Of a stretch of DNA of 64,000 nucleotides, positions 23,005 to 34,205 are shown piece after piece. The translations under genes were made by a program, and so were the position numbers. The stretch comes from Coriobacteriales bacterium (GTDB lineage Bacteria > Actinomycetota > Coriobacteriia > Anaerosomatales > JACRBU01). The stretch is from assembly GCA_016213085.1 (NCBI GenBank), contig JACRBU010000157.1, forward strand, positions 1,065-65,064, given 5' to 3'. Under the pieces are notes generated by a model. The model searched no databases. It was not told the DNA's origin and was given only the letters and a program-made list of their open reading frames with translations. Position 1 is the stretch's first letter, and every line of letters begins with the position of its first letter.

Positions 23005-24911
23005 GTGAATCATCCGGGTACCCCACCATCGTCGAGCAGGTCGCGTCGGTACCGGATCGCCCGGGGGTCTACCTCTGGAAGGGCGCCGAGGGCCAGGTCC
23101 TCTACGTCGGCAAGGCGAAGTCGCTGCGCAAGCGAATGCGTCAGTACGTCATGGGCCAGGACGACCGCGAGAAGGTCCCGGTCATGATGGAGCAGGTCGC
23201 TTCCTTCGATTACGTCGTGACCGAGACAGAGGTCGACTCCCTCGTCCTCGAGAAGAACCTGATCAAGCAGTTCCGCCCCGACTTCAACGTCGACTACCGC
23301 GACGACAAGTCCTATCCGTTCATCGCGATCACGACCGGCGACCCGTATCCCGCTATCAAGTTCACGCGTGAGAAGCGCAAGCCTGGCACTCGGTACTTCG
23401 GGCCGTACACGAATGCGAACGCTGCCCGCGAAACCATCGACGTCGTCCGGCGCATCGTCCCGATCTGCACGGCGGCGTGCGTCGAGTGGAAGCGCGTGAA
23501 CGCCAAGGGCGGCGAGCCCACCGGCAAGGCGTGCTTCGACTACCACGTCGGCAAGGGCCCCGGCCCGTGCGTCGGAGCAATCACCCGCGAACAATACGCC
23601 GGGAGCGTGGCGAAGGTCTCGCGCTTCCTTTCCGGCAAACACGAGGAGATCGTCGGAGAGCTCGAGGAGCAGATGCGCGCCGCCGCCGCCGACCTCGACT
23701 TCGAGGCGGCCGCGCGATTCCGCAACCGCCTTGAGGCAGTCAGCGCCATTCGGCAGCGCCAGAAGGTCGTCTCGGCCCGCCCGCTCAACATGGACGTCAT
23801 CGGCTTCTTCCGCGAGGAGACGATCGCAGGCGTACACCTCTTCGTGGTTCGCGAGGGCCGCGTGCTCATCGGGAACGAATTCGTCCTGGACAAGGGTCTC
23901 GACGTGCCCATGGCCGAGCTGGTCGAGGGCTTCCTGCTCCGCTACTACGACGAGACCTCGAGCCTGCCGAAGGAGATCCTGCTCCGCGACCTGCCCGATG
24001 ACCCGGACACGGTCGGAGAATGGCTGAGCACGCTTCGCGGGTCGAAGGTGAAGCTTTCGGTGCCCCAGCGCGGCGAGAAGCGCGAGATGCTCGAGCTCGC
24101 CGAGCTCAACGCACGCCACACGCTCATGCGCTTCAAGGTCCGCACGCGCTATGACGAGGAGCGCATGAATGCCGCGCTCCTGCAACTCGAGAACGCGCTC
24201 GCGCTACCTGCGCCTCCGTTTCGGATCGAGGCGTTCGATATCTCGACGCTCCACGGAACGCACTCGGTCGGCTCGATGGTGGTGTTCACGAACGGGCGCG
24301 CGGAGCCCAAGGCGTACCGACGCTTCCGCGTGCGCGGGGAGACGGGCGAAGCCAATGACGTCGCGATGATGGCCGAGGTGCTTCGGCGGAGGTTCTCCGC
24401 GACGAGACAGGCGGACGCCCGCTTCGCGGCGAGCCGCCCGGACCTGCTCGTCGTCGACGGCGGGAAACCCCAGCTCAACGCGGCTCGCGCGGTTCTCGCC
24501 GAGCTGAGCGTCGATGACGTCCCGGTCGCGGGCCTCGCCAAACGCGAGGAGGAGCTCTGGGTCGAGTGGGCCGACGAGCCGGTCGTCCTTCCGGCGGGGT
24601 CGCCTTCGCTCTTCCTCATGAAGCGCGTGCGCGATGAAGCCCACCGGTTCGCGATCGAGTACCACCGCAAGCTCCGTGGCCGCGCGATGACCTCGAGCGC
24701 GCTCGACGAGGTGCCGGGCGTCGGCCCGAAGCGGCGCAAGGCGCTCGTGAAGGCGTTCGGGTCGATCAAGCGGATGCGCGGCGCGACCGTCGAGGATCTC
24801 GCCACGACTCCGGGCATCCCGCGCGACGTCGCCGAAGAGGTCTATGCGACCTTGCATGCCGGCGGCGGAGAGCAGGCTCGGGACGAGGGCGATTCGGCCG
24901 AAGGAACCTAG
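23001..24911 (+). CDS. uvrC: Excinuclease ABC subunit C
   Basis: 636 aa with an N-terminal GIY-YIG domain (PGVYLWK...VLYVGKAKSLRKR), a UVR domain (LDFEAAARFRNRLEA) and a C-terminal endonuclease/HhH region. Confidence 0.96.
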   Translation: MSESSGYPTIVEQVASVPDRPGVYLWKGAEGQVLYVGKAKSLRKRMRQYVMGQDDREKVPVMMEQVASFDYVVTETEVDSLVLEKNLIKQFRPDFNVDYRDDKSYPFIAITTGDPYPAIKFTREKRKPGTRYFGPYTNANAARETIDVVRRIVPICTAACVEWKRVNAKGGEPTGKACFDYHVGKGPGPCVGAITREQYAGSVAKVSRFLSGKHEEIVGELEEQMRAAAADLDFEAAARFRNRLEAVSAIRQRQKVVSARPLNMDVIGFFREETIAGVHLFVVREGRVLIGNEFVLDKGLDVPMAELVEGFLLRYYDETSSLPKEILLRDLPDDPDTVGEWLSTLRGSKVKLSVPQRGEKREMLELAELNARHTLMRFKVRTRYDEERMNAALLQLENALALPAPPFRIEAFDISTLHGTHSVGSMVVFTNGRAEPKAYRRFRVRGETGEANDVAMMAEVLRRRFSATRQADARFAASRPDLLVVDGGKPQLNAARAVLAELSVDDVPVAGLAKREEELWVEWADEPVVLPAGSPSLFLMKRVRDEAHRFAIEYHRKLRGRAMTSSALDEVPGVGPKRRKALVKAFGSIKRMRGATVEDLATTPGIPRDVAEEVYATLHAGGGEQARDEGDSAEGT

Positions 24912-24939
24912 CCTGCGCGGCTGACACCCGCGTCGCCAT

Positions 24940-27900
24940 GTGCCATTCTTCGCGCAGGGCAACGGAGGGGGACACCGGGTGGCACCTGGCGCCGAGGACC
25001 TGCAAAGACTGCAGAACATCGATTACTTCCTGGACCAGCTCGCCCGTGCCGTCGAGCGGGGCGACGTGCCGATGGAGAGCTACGAGGCGCTTGCCCCGTC
25101 GTATCTCGCGAAGCGTGAAGCGCTGGTGTCGCGGCTGTACTCGGGGCCGGCGATCGCTCAGGGTCCGTCCGCAGCGCCACTGGCCACAACGTCCACCGGG
25201 TCCGCAGACGCGCTGTGGGTGACGTCGTGGGCCGATACCGAGCGGACACGGCCGGGCGCGGTCAGGACGTCGCAGGCCCGACCAGCCGCCAAACCCATCC
25301 AGGTGCCATGGCCGACCGTCCTCACTGTTCTGGGAGCATTCCTCGTCGTCGTCGCTGCGGCGATCTTCGCGGTCGCGACGTGGAACCTCCTTGCCACGCC
25401 ACTGAAGCTGGCCGTGATGGTGGCGCTCACCATCGGTTTCTACGTCGCTGGCGATATCGCGCGCCGGAAGTACGACCTCCAGGTTGGAGGCGTTGCGCTT
25501 ACGGCGGTCGGTTCGGCCATGCTGCTGTTCGACGGCTGGATCGCGATCGACGGCTTCGATCTGAGCGGCCCGCTTCCTTGGGCGATTCTGCTTCTCGTGG
25601 TCTCGTCGGTGTATTGGCTGACCGAGATACGGCTCGCCGGCCGCTACTTCGGTGTTGCGGGCGCCGCGGCGCAGATCGGTTGGTGGTGGTTGCTCGGCGA
25701 GGGTCTCGGATGGCCGATGACCTGGAGGCTGGCGGCCATCGCGTGCGTGGCGCTCGCATGGCAGATCGCCGGCAGACGAGCGGCGAGATCCCCCTCGGTG
25801 GCCGAGTTCGGGGAGTCGCTCAGACTCGCCGCTCCGGTGGTCGCTGCCGGCGCCGCAGCCGGAGCGCTGGTCGCGCTCGCGTTCAACCCGAGCCTCGATA
25901 CCGCGAAGCTCGTGGCGGTTGCGGTGACGTCGCTAGCTGCGGGCACGGTGTGGCTTGACGTGAAAGTGCAGACCGTGGTCTCGCAGGCGCTTGGTTCGGC
26001 GATTCAAGTACCCGCGATCGTCGCCCTGGGTCTCGCACTGTCAGGAGACCCGACGTGGACGGAGATCGGAATCACCGCTGCGGTGGGTCTTGCGTGGCTC
26101 ACGCTCGCGGTCTACGCAGGCGGAGCGCCTTTTGCGACGCTTGGAGTGATTGCGCTCGACGGGGCGGTCCTGTTCGGAGTCGGAGAAGTCAGCGCGACTT
26201 CATCAGCCGAGGGGGCTCTCTCGGTTGTCGCTGCGACGGGTGCATTCTGGGTCTTCGCGGTGGTGTTGGCGAGGCGATGGGGCTCGTCGCGCGTTCCAGA
26301 GCGCGCGCGGTCATGGGTCCTCGGTCTCGAAGTAGGTGCGTGGCTCACGCTTGGAGGAGCGACCGCCGCGACGGTGGGACTTGGCCTATTCGACTACATG
26401 GTGGCGGGCGACATCCCCGACGCTGTCTTGCCTGGCGTCGTTTCGGTGGCGTGGGTCGCGAGCGCGTTGCTTCGCGGTGGGCTCACGCCGGGGATCGTGG
26501 CGAGCGCCTCTCTCTTGTACGCGACGTGGATAGCCGCTGAGAACGTGGAGGCCCTGTCCGACTGGCGATACGCCTGCGTGGGTGCCGTGGCGGCCTTGTT
26601 GGTATTGACCGCAGACTACCTGGCGCGGGCGATCCGGACGGATGTCCGGGCGTTCGCCGCCGTCATCCGGATCCTCGTAGCGATCGTTGGAGTCACCGCA
26701 GCGGTCACGGCGTACGAGGGCGACCCCGTCATGAGGACGGATGCGGTCGTTGCGTGCGTCACGGTGGCTCTCGCCCTCCTCGCATCCGGTTGGTTCGGGA
26801 ACGCTGTCGAAGGCGTGGTCGCTGGGAGCTTCCTTGGGCTCGCTGCTATCGGGGTCTTCCGGTGGGGCACCTTCTCACCGGTGGACGGGTGGGGAGCGTG
26901 CGCGGTTGCCGGGGGTGCGCTCGTCATGTGCGTGGCGGGCACGGCGACGAAACGTGCTCAGCCACTTCTCGCGAGCGCGACCGCGGCCACCGCCTCTGTC
27001 ACCGCGACGCTGTTCGTCACGATGTCTGCCGTCGCGCTCTTCGACCACCCGGCTCGCGACGTGGCGCCCCTCGCGCTCGCATGGCTTGCGATCTCCGCGT
27101 GCTGGGTCGCTGCATCGATCGTTCTGCGACTGGAGGAGATCCTCGCTTTGGCGGGGCTCACGCTCTTCGCTGCCGGTCTCACCGCGGTGGCTGTCCTCGA
27201 ACTGCCCGCCGGGGTCACGCTCGCCGTCGCGGGAATCGTGGCCTTCGGACTGCTCGCCCCATCGTTCACGCGTACATACGGTGCCGAAGGCACGTCTTCC
27301 CGGTCCGGCGCCGCACTTGCCGCATCCGCGTTCGCCGGCCTCATCTCGGTCACCGTTCTTGCGTTCGCAAGCACACAGACGGACATGGGCGCCGAGTGGA
27401 TGCGCTTCGGCGACAACGGGCTGGCAGTGTCGCTCATCGTGCTCGGCGCCTGGACCCTTGCGTTCGCCAGGGCATGGAAGTCCAGACTCGCGTGGCGAGT
27501 CGGGCCCCTCGCATTCGTTCTTGCGCTCTGGGTGTGGCTTGGCGCCGCTGACGTCCGATCGTACGAAGCGTACGGCGTCCCGCTCGCCGCGTACTTGGCT
27601 GGCCTGTCCTGGGACATCGCGCGCAGAGGCGAGCCGGGAGAGGCCGTCCTCACCGACCTGGGGGCCGCTGCAGCGCTCCTGGTGCCGCCGATCTTGTCCG
27701 CGTGGACGGCGACCGATCCGAGCGTGGAGTGGCTTCACTCGGCGGTGGGTTTCATGCTCGGGCTCACGGCGATCGCAGGCGGTATCGCACTCCGCGTCCG
27801 CTCGTACTTCTTCGGCGGCGTGATCGCGGTTGCACTGATCGCGATGTGGCGTTCGTCCGGCTTTCTCACCCAGTGGTGGTGGATCGTCTTGGGCCTCGTC

Positions 27901-28002
27901 GGGTGCGGCATGCTCGTGATCGCACTCACGTGGGAACGCCAACGGCACGTTCTCGTGGAAGCGGGAGGGGCGCTGAAAGCCACGCTCTCCACATGGAGAT
28001 AG
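24940..28002 (+). CDS. Very large polytopic membrane protein of unknown function
   Basis: 1020 aa. A soluble N-terminal region of about 120 aa is followed by an almost continuous series of hydrophobic helices (more than 20 by eye), rich in Ala, Leu, Gly and Val. I recognise no catalytic motif. Confidence 0.7.
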   Translation: MPFFAQGNGGGHRVAPGAEDLQRLQNIDYFLDQLARAVERGDVPMESYEALAPSYLAKREALVSRLYSGPAIAQGPSAAPLATTSTGSADALWVTSWADTERTRPGAVRTSQARPAAKPIQVPWPTVLTVLGAFLVVVAAAIFAVATWNLLATPLKLAVMVALTIGFYVAGDIARRKYDLQVGGVALTAVGSAMLLFDGWIAIDGFDLSGPLPWAILLLVVSSVYWLTEIRLAGRYFGVAGAAAQIGWWWLLGEGLGWPMTWRLAAIACVALAWQIAGRRAARSPSVAEFGESLRLAAPVVAAGAAAGALVALAFNPSLDTAKLVAVAVTSLAAGTVWLDVKVQTVVSQALGSAIQVPAIVALGLALSGDPTWTEIGITAAVGLAWLTLAVYAGGAPFATLGVIALDGAVLFGVGEVSATSSAEGALSVVAATGAFWVFAVVLARRWGSSRVPERARSWVLGLEVGAWLTLGGATAATVGLGLFDYMVAGDIPDAVLPGVVSVAWVASALLRGGLTPGIVASASLLYATWIAAENVEALSDWRYACVGAVAALLVLTADYLARAIRTDVRAFAAVIRILVAIVGVTAAVTAYEGDPVMRTDAVVACVTVALALLASGWFGNAVEGVVAGSFLGLAAIGVFRWGTFSPVDGWGACAVAGGALVMCVAGTATKRAQPLLASATAATASVTATLFVTMSAVALFDHPARDVAPLALAWLAISACWVAASIVLRLEEILALAGLTLFAAGLTAVAVLELPAGVTLAVAGIVAFGLLAPSFTRTYGAEGTSSRSGAALAASAFAGLISVTVLAFASTQTDMGAEWMRFGDNGLAVSLIVLGAWTLAFARAWKSRLAWRVGPLAFVLALWVWLGAADVRSYEAYGVPLAAYLAGLSWDIARRGEPGEAVLTDLGAAAALLVPPILSAWTATDPSVEWLHSAVGFMLGLTAIAGGIALRVRSYFFGGVIAVALIAMWRSSGFLTQWWWIVLGLVGCGMLVIALTWERQRHVLVEAGGALKATLSTWR

Positions 28003-28032
28003 ACCCGGGCGTATCCATCCGCGCTATACTCC

Positions 28033-28060
28033 GTCCATGGCGGACTTCGCCGCCATGGAC
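28033..28060 (+). terminator. 11-bp hairpin about 30 nt after the membrane-protein stop
   Basis: GTCCATGGCGG-ACTTCG-CCGCCATGGAC. There is no U-tract. It could instead be a 5'-UTR structure of the rapZ operon, since a TATACT lies at 28025-28030. Confidence 0.4.
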
Positions 28061-28080
28061 CAGGCGATTGGAGCAGACCG

Positions 28081-28160
28081 CTGCGCGGCAGCTCAATCGC
28101 CTGCGCGGCAGCTTGGTCGCCCGCGCGGCTACCCGATCGCTAGCGCGGTGCTGCCCGATC
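28081..28160. repeat. Tandem array of 20-nt repeats (three clear copies and one degenerate) upstream of rapZ
   Basis: The copies are CTGCGCGGCAGCTCAATCGC, CTGCGCGGCAGCTTGGTCGC, CCGCGCGGCTACCCGATCGC and TAGCGCGGTGCTGCCCGATC. The period is exactly 20 nt, with a conserved GCGCGG core. Confidence 0.6.
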
Positions 28161-28197
28161 ACCAGTCTGACCGCTTCGTCGTCGCAGGAGGCGCCTG

Positions 28198-29121
28198 ATG
28201 CCCGAGCAATGCCCGCCCGACGTCGCTGAAGAGAACCTCCGAGTCGAGCCGGAGCTCGTGCTGATCACCGGCATGTCGGGGGCGGGGCGCTCCGAGGCGC
28301 TGCACACGTTCGAGGACCTCGGCTACTTCTGCATCGACAACCTCCCGCCGTCGTTCATGCCGCAGCTCGTCGAGCTCGCGAAGCTCCCAGGCAACCGTAT
28401 CCGCCGCATCTGCGTCGCTTCCGACGTGCGCTCCACGCGCCTGTTCAGCGAGCTGGGCGGCCAGTTGGCGCGCCTCGAGGACGAGGGGCTTCCCGCTCAC
28501 GTGATCGTCCTCGAGGCCGAAGAGGACACGCTTGTGAACCGCTTCAAGGCGACACGCCGGCGTCATCCGCTCTGCGACGAAGGGGGCTCGCTTCTCGACG
28601 AGATCAGGGCCGAGCGCGCGGCGCTCGGCGATATCCGCGAGCGGGCCGACGTCGTCATCGACACCTCCGACATGCGGCCGCAGGAACTTCGGCAGACTCT
28701 CAAGGACGTCTACTTCACCGAAGGGCTCGGGCAGACGCTCTCGATAACGGTCAGCTCCTTCGGCTTCAAGTACGGCGTGCCGACCGACGCCGACATCATG
28801 ATGGACGTGCGCTTCCTGCCGAACCCGTACTACATCTCCGACCTGCGCGATCTCAACGGTCTCGAGGCGCCGGTCATCCAGTTCGTGCTCGAGCGCCCCG
28901 AGACGATCTTGTTCCTCGAGAAGTGGCTGGGGCTGCTCGACGTGCTCATGCCCGGCTACATCATGGAGGGCAAGCACCACCTCTCGATCGCGGTCGGATG
29001 CACGGGCGGCATGCATCGATCGGTCACCCTCGCCGAGGAGACCGCGCGGTTCCTTCGCGACCATGGCTATCGTGTGGCCGTGAGCCATCGCGACATCGGT
29101 CGCGACTTGGTGGCGCGGTGA
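28198..29121 (+). CDS. rapZ: RNase adapter / nucleotide-binding protein RapZ (YvcJ)
   Basis: 307 aa with the P-loop ITGMSGAGRSEAL and a conserved C-terminus (GCTGGMHRSV). AGGAGG lies before the ATG. Confidence 0.93.
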   Translation: MPEQCPPDVAEENLRVEPELVLITGMSGAGRSEALHTFEDLGYFCIDNLPPSFMPQLVELAKLPGNRIRRICVASDVRSTRLFSELGGQLARLEDEGLPAHVIVLEAEEDTLVNRFKATRRRHPLCDEGGSLLDEIRAERAALGDIRERADVVIDTSDMRPQELRQTLKDVYFTEGLGQTLSITVSSFGFKYGVPTDADIMMDVRFLPNPYYISDLRDLNGLEAPVIQFVLERPETILFLEKWLGLLDVLMPGYIMEGKHHLSIAVGCTGGMHRSVTLAEETARFLRDHGYRVAVSHRDIGRDLVAR

Positions 29122-30070
29122 GCCGGGTCGGCGAGGGGCGTTCGGCGGTCGCCATCGGCGGAGGCACGGGCCTTCCGCTCGTCTTGCGCTGTCTGCTGTC
29201 GCTCGGGTTCTCCACGTCCGCGGTTGTGACGATGGCGGACGACGGCGGCTCCACCGGCGTACTTCGGCGTCAGCTCGGCATCCTGCCGCCCGGCGACATC
29301 CGCAACTGCCTCGTGAGCATGGCCGCCGACCCCGACAGCCTCGATGCGCAGTTGTTCCAGTACCGCTTCGCCGAGGGCGAAGGTCTGGCGGGCCACGCCC
29401 TCGGCAATCTCATCCTCGCGGCGCTCGCCGACCTGACCGGGTCGTTCCCGGCTGCGATCGAGCACGTCGCATCCGCGCTCGACGTGCAGGGGCGTGTTCT
29501 GCCGTCGACCCTTGCGGACGCCGTGCTTCACGCGACCGACCGCCGGGGCGAGCCGATCTCGGGGCAGGCCCGCATCGCGCAGAGCCCGGTACCGGTCGCG
29601 CGCGTGTGTCTCGAGCCGGAAGATGCGTCCGCGTACGAGCCTGCTCGCCAGGCCATCGAGGAAGCGGACGTCATCGTGATCGGTCCCGGCTCGCTCTACA
29701 CGAGCATCATCCCGAACTTCCTGGTAGAGGGGATCGCTGCTGCCGTGCGTGAGTCGAAAGCCCGACGCGTCTACGTCTGCAACGTCGCGAACATGCGCGG
29801 TGAGACCTCGGGGTTGAACGCGGCCGATCACGTCGAGGCGGTCACGCAGCACGGGCTCGCGGGCTCCATCGACGTGGCCCTCGTGAACGTGGAGCCAGGC
29901 GAATCGCGGCCCTCCGACGGAGTCGAGCGCGTGGTCGCAGACGCCAGCCAGCTCGAGCGCATCGTCGAACTCGGCGCGCGCCCGGTCGGCGTCCCGCTGG
30001 CCGACTCGAGCGACCCCGTCCGTCACGATCGCGCAGCGCTCTGCGAGGCCCTCGAGCAGGTGCTTGCCTG

Positions 30071-30071
<1 letters not shown>
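29118..30071 (+). CDS. yvcK: YvcK/CuvA-family (CofD-like) gluconeogenesis/cell-shape factor
   Basis: The start was reset to the GTG at 29118 (GTGA overlap with the rapZ stop). Motifs include AIGGGTGL and GPGSLYTSIIPN. Confidence 0.9.
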
Positions 30072-32118
<2,047 letters not shown>

Positions 32119-32194
32119 GGCGCATCGACGGTGACCGACGCGCGCCCGGGCACGACGCCCGGGCGCGTTCATGCCCGACGAGGAGGGGCCAGCC

Positions 32195-33382
32195 TTGTTC
32201 GCCAAGAAGACCGTCAAGGACGTTGACGTCCGCGGCAAACGCGTACTCGTGCGCGTGGACTTCAACGTGCCTCTCGCCGACGGAGCGGTGACCGACGACA
32301 CGCGCATCCGGGCTGCGCTACCCACGTTGCGCTACCTCGTCGACCACGGAGCGCACGTCATCATCATGAGCCACCTCGGAAGGCCGAAGGGTGAGCCCGA
32401 GGAGCGCTACTCGCTGCGGCCTGTTCGCCGCGTGCTTCAGCGCCTTCTCGGCCGAAACGTGGTGTTCGTCGACGACATCGTCGGACCCGACGCTCAGGAG
32501 GCCGTCGGCCGCATGGTCGACGGCGAAGTGCTCATGCTCGAGAACATCCGCTTCCACCCGGGCGAGAAGGCCAACGATCCCGAGTTCGCCAAGGCGCTCG
32601 CTTCGCTCTGTGACATCTACGTCAACGATGCATTCGGCGCCGCGCATCGCGCACACGCCTCGACCGCGGGCGTCGCCGAGTTCGTTCCTGCGGTCGCCGG
32701 CCTTCTGCTGTCGCGCGAGGTCGAGATCCTCACGGACATGCTCGCTGACCCGGAGCACCCGTTCGTCGCCATCCTCGGCGGATCGAAGGTCTCCGACAAG
32801 TTCGGCGTGATCGACCGGCTCATCGAGGTTGTCGACAGTCTGCTCATCGGCGGTGGGATGGCGTTCACGTTCCTCGTTGCGCAGGGCATCGAGGTGGGGG
32901 ACTCGATCGTCGAACAGGACTGGATCGAGCCCGCTCGCAAGATGCTGGAGAAGGCCGCTTCGCGCAACGTGCAGCTCGTCCTGCCGGTCGATTTCGTGAT
33001 CGCCGAGGCGATGGAGCCGGACGTCGACACCCGCATCGTCGGCCGGGAGGAGATTCCCGCCGGCATGAAGGGCCTCGACGTGGGCCCCACGACCGTACAG
33101 CTCTTCAGCGCCGAGATCGCGGCCGCGCGGACGATCTTCTGGAACGGCCCTATGGGCGTGTTCGAGATGAAGGCGTTCGAAGCGGGCACGCGAGAGGTGG
33201 CCGTCGCCGTCGCTCGCAACAACCGAGCTGTCTCCGTCGTCGGCGGGGGCGATTCCGTCGCGGCGCTCAAGAAGTTCGACCTCGAGGAGCGCGTCACGTT
33301 CGTCTCGACCGGTGGTGGCGCTTCGATGAAGCTGCTTGAAGGCACGCCGCTGCCCGGCGTCGAGGCGCTGCTCGACGCGTAA
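32195..33382 (+). CDS. pgk: Phosphoglycerate kinase
   Basis: TTG at 32195 preceded by GAGGAGG. Contains RVDFNVP and other PGK signatures. Confidence 0.95.
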   Translation: MFAKKTVKDVDVRGKRVLVRVDFNVPLADGAVTDDTRIRAALPTLRYLVDHGAHVIIMSHLGRPKGEPEERYSLRPVRRVLQRLLGRNVVFVDDIVGPDAQEAVGRMVDGEVLMLENIRFHPGEKANDPEFAKALASLCDIYVNDAFGAAHRAHASTAGVAEFVPAVAGLLLSREVEILTDMLADPEHPFVAILGGSKVSDKFGVIDRLIEVVDSLLIGGGMAFTFLVAQGIEVGDSIVEQDWIEPARKMLEKAASRNVQLVLPVDFVIAEAMEPDVDTRIVGREEIPAGMKGLDVGPTTVQLFSAEIAAARTIFWNGPMGVFEMKAFEAGTREVAVAVARNNRAVSVVGGGDSVAALKKFDLEERVTFVSTGGGASMKLLEGTPLPGVEALLDA

Positions 33383-33436
33383 CCGACCGCAACGCGTTCG
33401 TCGCCGCGCGACCATACGCAGGAGGAGAGGGAACCG

Positions 33437-34204
33437 ATGGACCGACGCCCGCTCGTCGCAGGCAACTGGAAGATGTACAAGACCTCCGGTGAGGCCGCCG
33501 TTCTCGTGCAGAAGCTCGAGGACTACGCGTCCGGCTGGAGGGACATCGACGTCGTGGTGTGCCCGCCGTTCGTCGATCTGAAGGCCGTCTCGACCGTTAT
33601 CGAGCTCGACGAGGTGCGAATCGCCCTCGGTGCGCAGAACGTGTACTGGGAAGAGGAGGGCGCGTTCACTGGCGAGGTGGCGCCCCGAATGCTCGTGGAG
33701 CTGGGCGTCACGTACTGCATCGTCGGCCATTCGGAACGTCGCGAGTACTTCGGCGAGACCGACGCGGGCGTGAACAAGAAGGTCCATGCGCTGCTAGCCC
33801 ATGACATCACGCCGATCATGTGCTGCGGCGAATCGCTCGAGACCCGCGAAGCGGGGGATACCGATGCCTTCGTGCGCGAACAGGTGCGCAAGGGCCTCGA
33901 CGGCATCACTGCTGAGCAAGCCGGGCGGATCGTCATCGCCTACGAGCCCATCTGGGCGATCGGCACCGGTCGCACGCCAACGCCCGAGATGGCGAATGAC
34001 GTCTGCCGCTCCATTCGAGCGACGGTCGGCGCCATGTTCGGCCAGCCCGCCGCCATCCAGACGCGCATCCTCTATGGCGGTTCGGTAAAGGCCGAGAACG
34101 CCCGGGTGTTCTTCGGCGAGCCCGACATCGACGGTGCGCTCGTCGGCGGCGCGTCACTTGACCCGGAGGGCTTCAGCCGGATCGCGGAAGCGGCCATTGG
34201 ATAG
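33437..34204 (+). CDS. tpiA: Triosephosphate isomerase
   Basis: 255 aa with AGNWKM, GHSERR and AYEPIWAIGTG. Confidence 0.95.
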   Translation: MDRRPLVAGNWKMYKTSGEAAVLVQKLEDYASGWRDIDVVVCPPFVDLKAVSTVIELDEVRIALGAQNVYWEEEGAFTGEVAPRMLVELGVTYCIVGHSERREYFGETDAGVNKKVHALLAHDITPIMCCGESLETREAGDTDAFVREQVRKGLDGITAEQAGRIVIAYEPIWAIGTGRTPTPEMANDVCRSIRATVGAMFGQPAAIQTRILYGGSVKAENARVFFGEPDIDGALVGGASLDPEGFSRIAEAAIG

Positions 34205-34205
34205 C

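Noticed and set aside
28081-28160. The 20-nt tandem repeats considered as a CRISPR array.
   Set aside because: The repeats are directly adjacent with no spacers and are too short and degenerate. No cas genes are present in the window.
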